Source of the DNA: Vitrella brassicaformis CCMP3155
Lineage: Eukaryota; Protista; Chromerida
Reading direction: 5' to 3'
DNA length: 64,000 bases
NCBI GenBank assembly: GCA_001179505.1
Contig: CDMY01000385.1
Span: 372,001-436,000 of the forward strand
Below the pieces are notes generated by a model. It made no database searches, was not told where the DNA came from, and saw only the letters and a program-made list of their open reading frames with translations. Below, in pieces: positions 61,767-64,000 of this stretch. The position numbers were made by a program, and so were the translations under genes. Each line of letters begins with the position of its first letter. The first letter of the stretch is position 1.

Positions 61767-64000
61767 TCGACATAACATGCCCACTCACAGACTGACAGAC
61801 GGGGAGGGAGGGACGGATGGAGGGGGAGGGAGGGGGGTTTTGCGTTGTGGGTGTTGGTGTGGATGGGTGTGGAGAGAGGAGAGGCTGGACGGAGTATCGT
61901 GAGCCAGCCCATGTGTGGCTTTAATTGAGTTGTTTGGAGGGAGGGAGGGAGGGAGGGGAAAGGGCTGGGTGCGTACAATATCTATCTTGTCTGTATCAGC
62001 GAGTACCGTATATAACTAACATGGATCTATTTCATGATGAGTGAGTGTATCTTCCTATCTATGGCCGTATGTACGTCTGTATGTCCGTATGTCTGTCTGT
62101 CTGTCTGTTGTGTGGCCGACACCACCATCCACCCCACCCACCAATCCACCACTCCATCCATCCATGCCTGCATACGCATTACGTTCACACGTATCGTACC
62201 GTACCTTACTCTACACGGGTGTCTGTATGACAATGGTGCATAACATAACATAACCTGTATATTCACTCACTACCACTACAGGGCAAAGGGGGCTGGCTTG
62301 TGGGGGCGGCCGGCCGGCCACATGGTTTTCAACACAGCGAGCAAGCGGGATGGGCGTGGTGGGTGTCGGACTGGGTGTGTGGCGTCACACACATTGGTGT
62401 CATCGCAACCAGCCAGACATAGTACAGTCCCTAGCTAGTTACGTCGGTGGTGGTATTGGATGGATGGACGGATGGATGGATGGATTGCTGTCGGTCTATC
62501 CATTTAGTCTGCCGCGTAAGTGTACGACGGCCGGTCTACGCACCAACACAAACAACAGCACGGTGGCTCATCGATGGATGGATGGATGGACAAGCCGACC
62601 AGGAGTGAGAATAGAGGTAGCTGTGAGGCAGGCAGGCAGACAGCCGCATATGCCCACTGTCGGGCGGGGGGTGGTTGATCGTACGGTCCAGTACTAGCGA
62701 GAGAGAGAGAGAGAGAGAGAGAGAGGAGGGGTTACCTGCCTCAGCCTGCGGAAAGACAGAGCGATTCGCACCACCATCCATCGTCCATCGCTCCCGAATC
62801 GTTTTTACGCGTGATTTACATCCGGGCGGGGCGGGGCGGGGTCTGCATGAGAGCGAGCCGTCAGTACTGTCCATGTGTACGTGCGGGAGTGGGTGTAAAG
62901 TGTTAGATGGGGCGTGGCGTGGCGTGGCGATGATTGTTTGATGGATCAATGGCTGGATCAGTCAGTCGTGAGAGTGAGCTGTGAGGGTGTGTGTGGAGGA
63001 GCATCAATCGCATCCCGTGTGCAGGTTGCCGTTTTATCCACCCATGCTCCTTCTATCTAGTGTACGTGTTATACCTGTCTGTGTTCCTGTGTGTGGTGCT
63101 AGTGGTATGCTGTGGTGTGGCGTGGCGTGGCGTGTTATGATGCTCTCTCCATGTGCGTGTGTGTGTGTGTCGGCCCTGTCTGTGCGCTGTACAGCGTCCC
63201 TCTGTTGGTGCATTTGTGCAGACGACACTCTACCTCGTTCATGATGACCATGTGGTGTGTGTAAAGGCCTAGCTACCTGACCCCACCCTCCCTCCTGGCT
63301 GCCTGCCTGCCTGCCTGCCTGTGTATGTGTGTGTTCGATTGTGCGCCACTCCACTCGTCTGTCTCGAGCCATCAATAATTTTCGGGGCGAGAGCCTCACC
63401 ACCTCTACCACTACCACCGCTGAAGGACGTCCAGGTGTGTCTTGTGTTTGGATGATCTGTGCTGCCTGCCTGTGAGTGAGTGAGTGAATGACATTTGCTG
63501 AACGTCTGTGTGCTGAGTTGGGTCGGTGGGTGCATTGCACAATGCATTTACATACCGTACATGACATGGGCTCCGTGGGGTGCCGTGCCGTGCCGTGCCG
63601 AGGGATCCGTATGCATGCTTTTCGTTTTTCGCCGTATTCACTCACTCAACTCACTCACCTGTGTGGCTGTGTGTGTGCGGGGTAGGGGGGAGGGTGCCCG
63701 CGTGTGTTCCATCCATCCATCCATCCATCCATGGGTCTGACTCACTCACTCACATGTACTGTATGCCATACAGCGCATTTACACCTTCACACACACACAG
63801 ACAGACACACCCCGTAAGTAAGTATACGTACTGCCTAGTATGTGTTCGTACGTACATATCCATGACATCACGTACACAAGTGAGTACCACTACAGGGCAG
63901 GGCAGGGCAGGGAGATAAAACAGATAGATACAGGGATATATGGGAGGGGTGAATTAGTCGGTGTGGTGTGGTGTGGTGTGAGCTCTCTCTCCTCCCTACC
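61767..64000. repeat. Gene-free microsatellite mosaic downstream of CCCH paralog B
   Basis: GGAT, GA, GCCT, GTCT and CA/TG tracts; no protein-like ORF. Confidence 0.6.

Overview
This is a gene-dense, intron-rich eukaryotic nuclear window. Introns and intergenic DNA are filled with (CA)/(TG), (CAGA)/(TCTG), (GGAT) and (GA)/(CT) microsatellites. That style, together with signal-peptide+Phe plastid leaders and an AP2-like domain, suggests a chromerid alga such as Vitrella (inference). About 18 protein-coding genes can be rebuilt by manual splicing: FCP1-like phosphatase, C2 protein, GAS2-like protein, plastid sHSP, two tandem-CCCH proteins, TMEM42, a LAGLIDADG-family ORF, two large low-homology genes (one Kelch-like, one AP2-like), fibrillin, cathepsin C, prefoldin 5, MDHAR, a DUF4795-like coiled-coil protein, METTL18/Hpm1, a small hypothetical protein and a Caprin-like RGG protein. 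Exon boundaries were read by eye and several start codons are uncertain. The two strongest leads are (1) an intronless nuclear double-motif LAGLIDADG gene with a mitochondrial-type leader and a frameshift, and (2) introns whose 5' and 3' microsatellites are reverse complements of each other and could bridge the splice sites. No rRNA, tRNA or CRISPR array was recognised.
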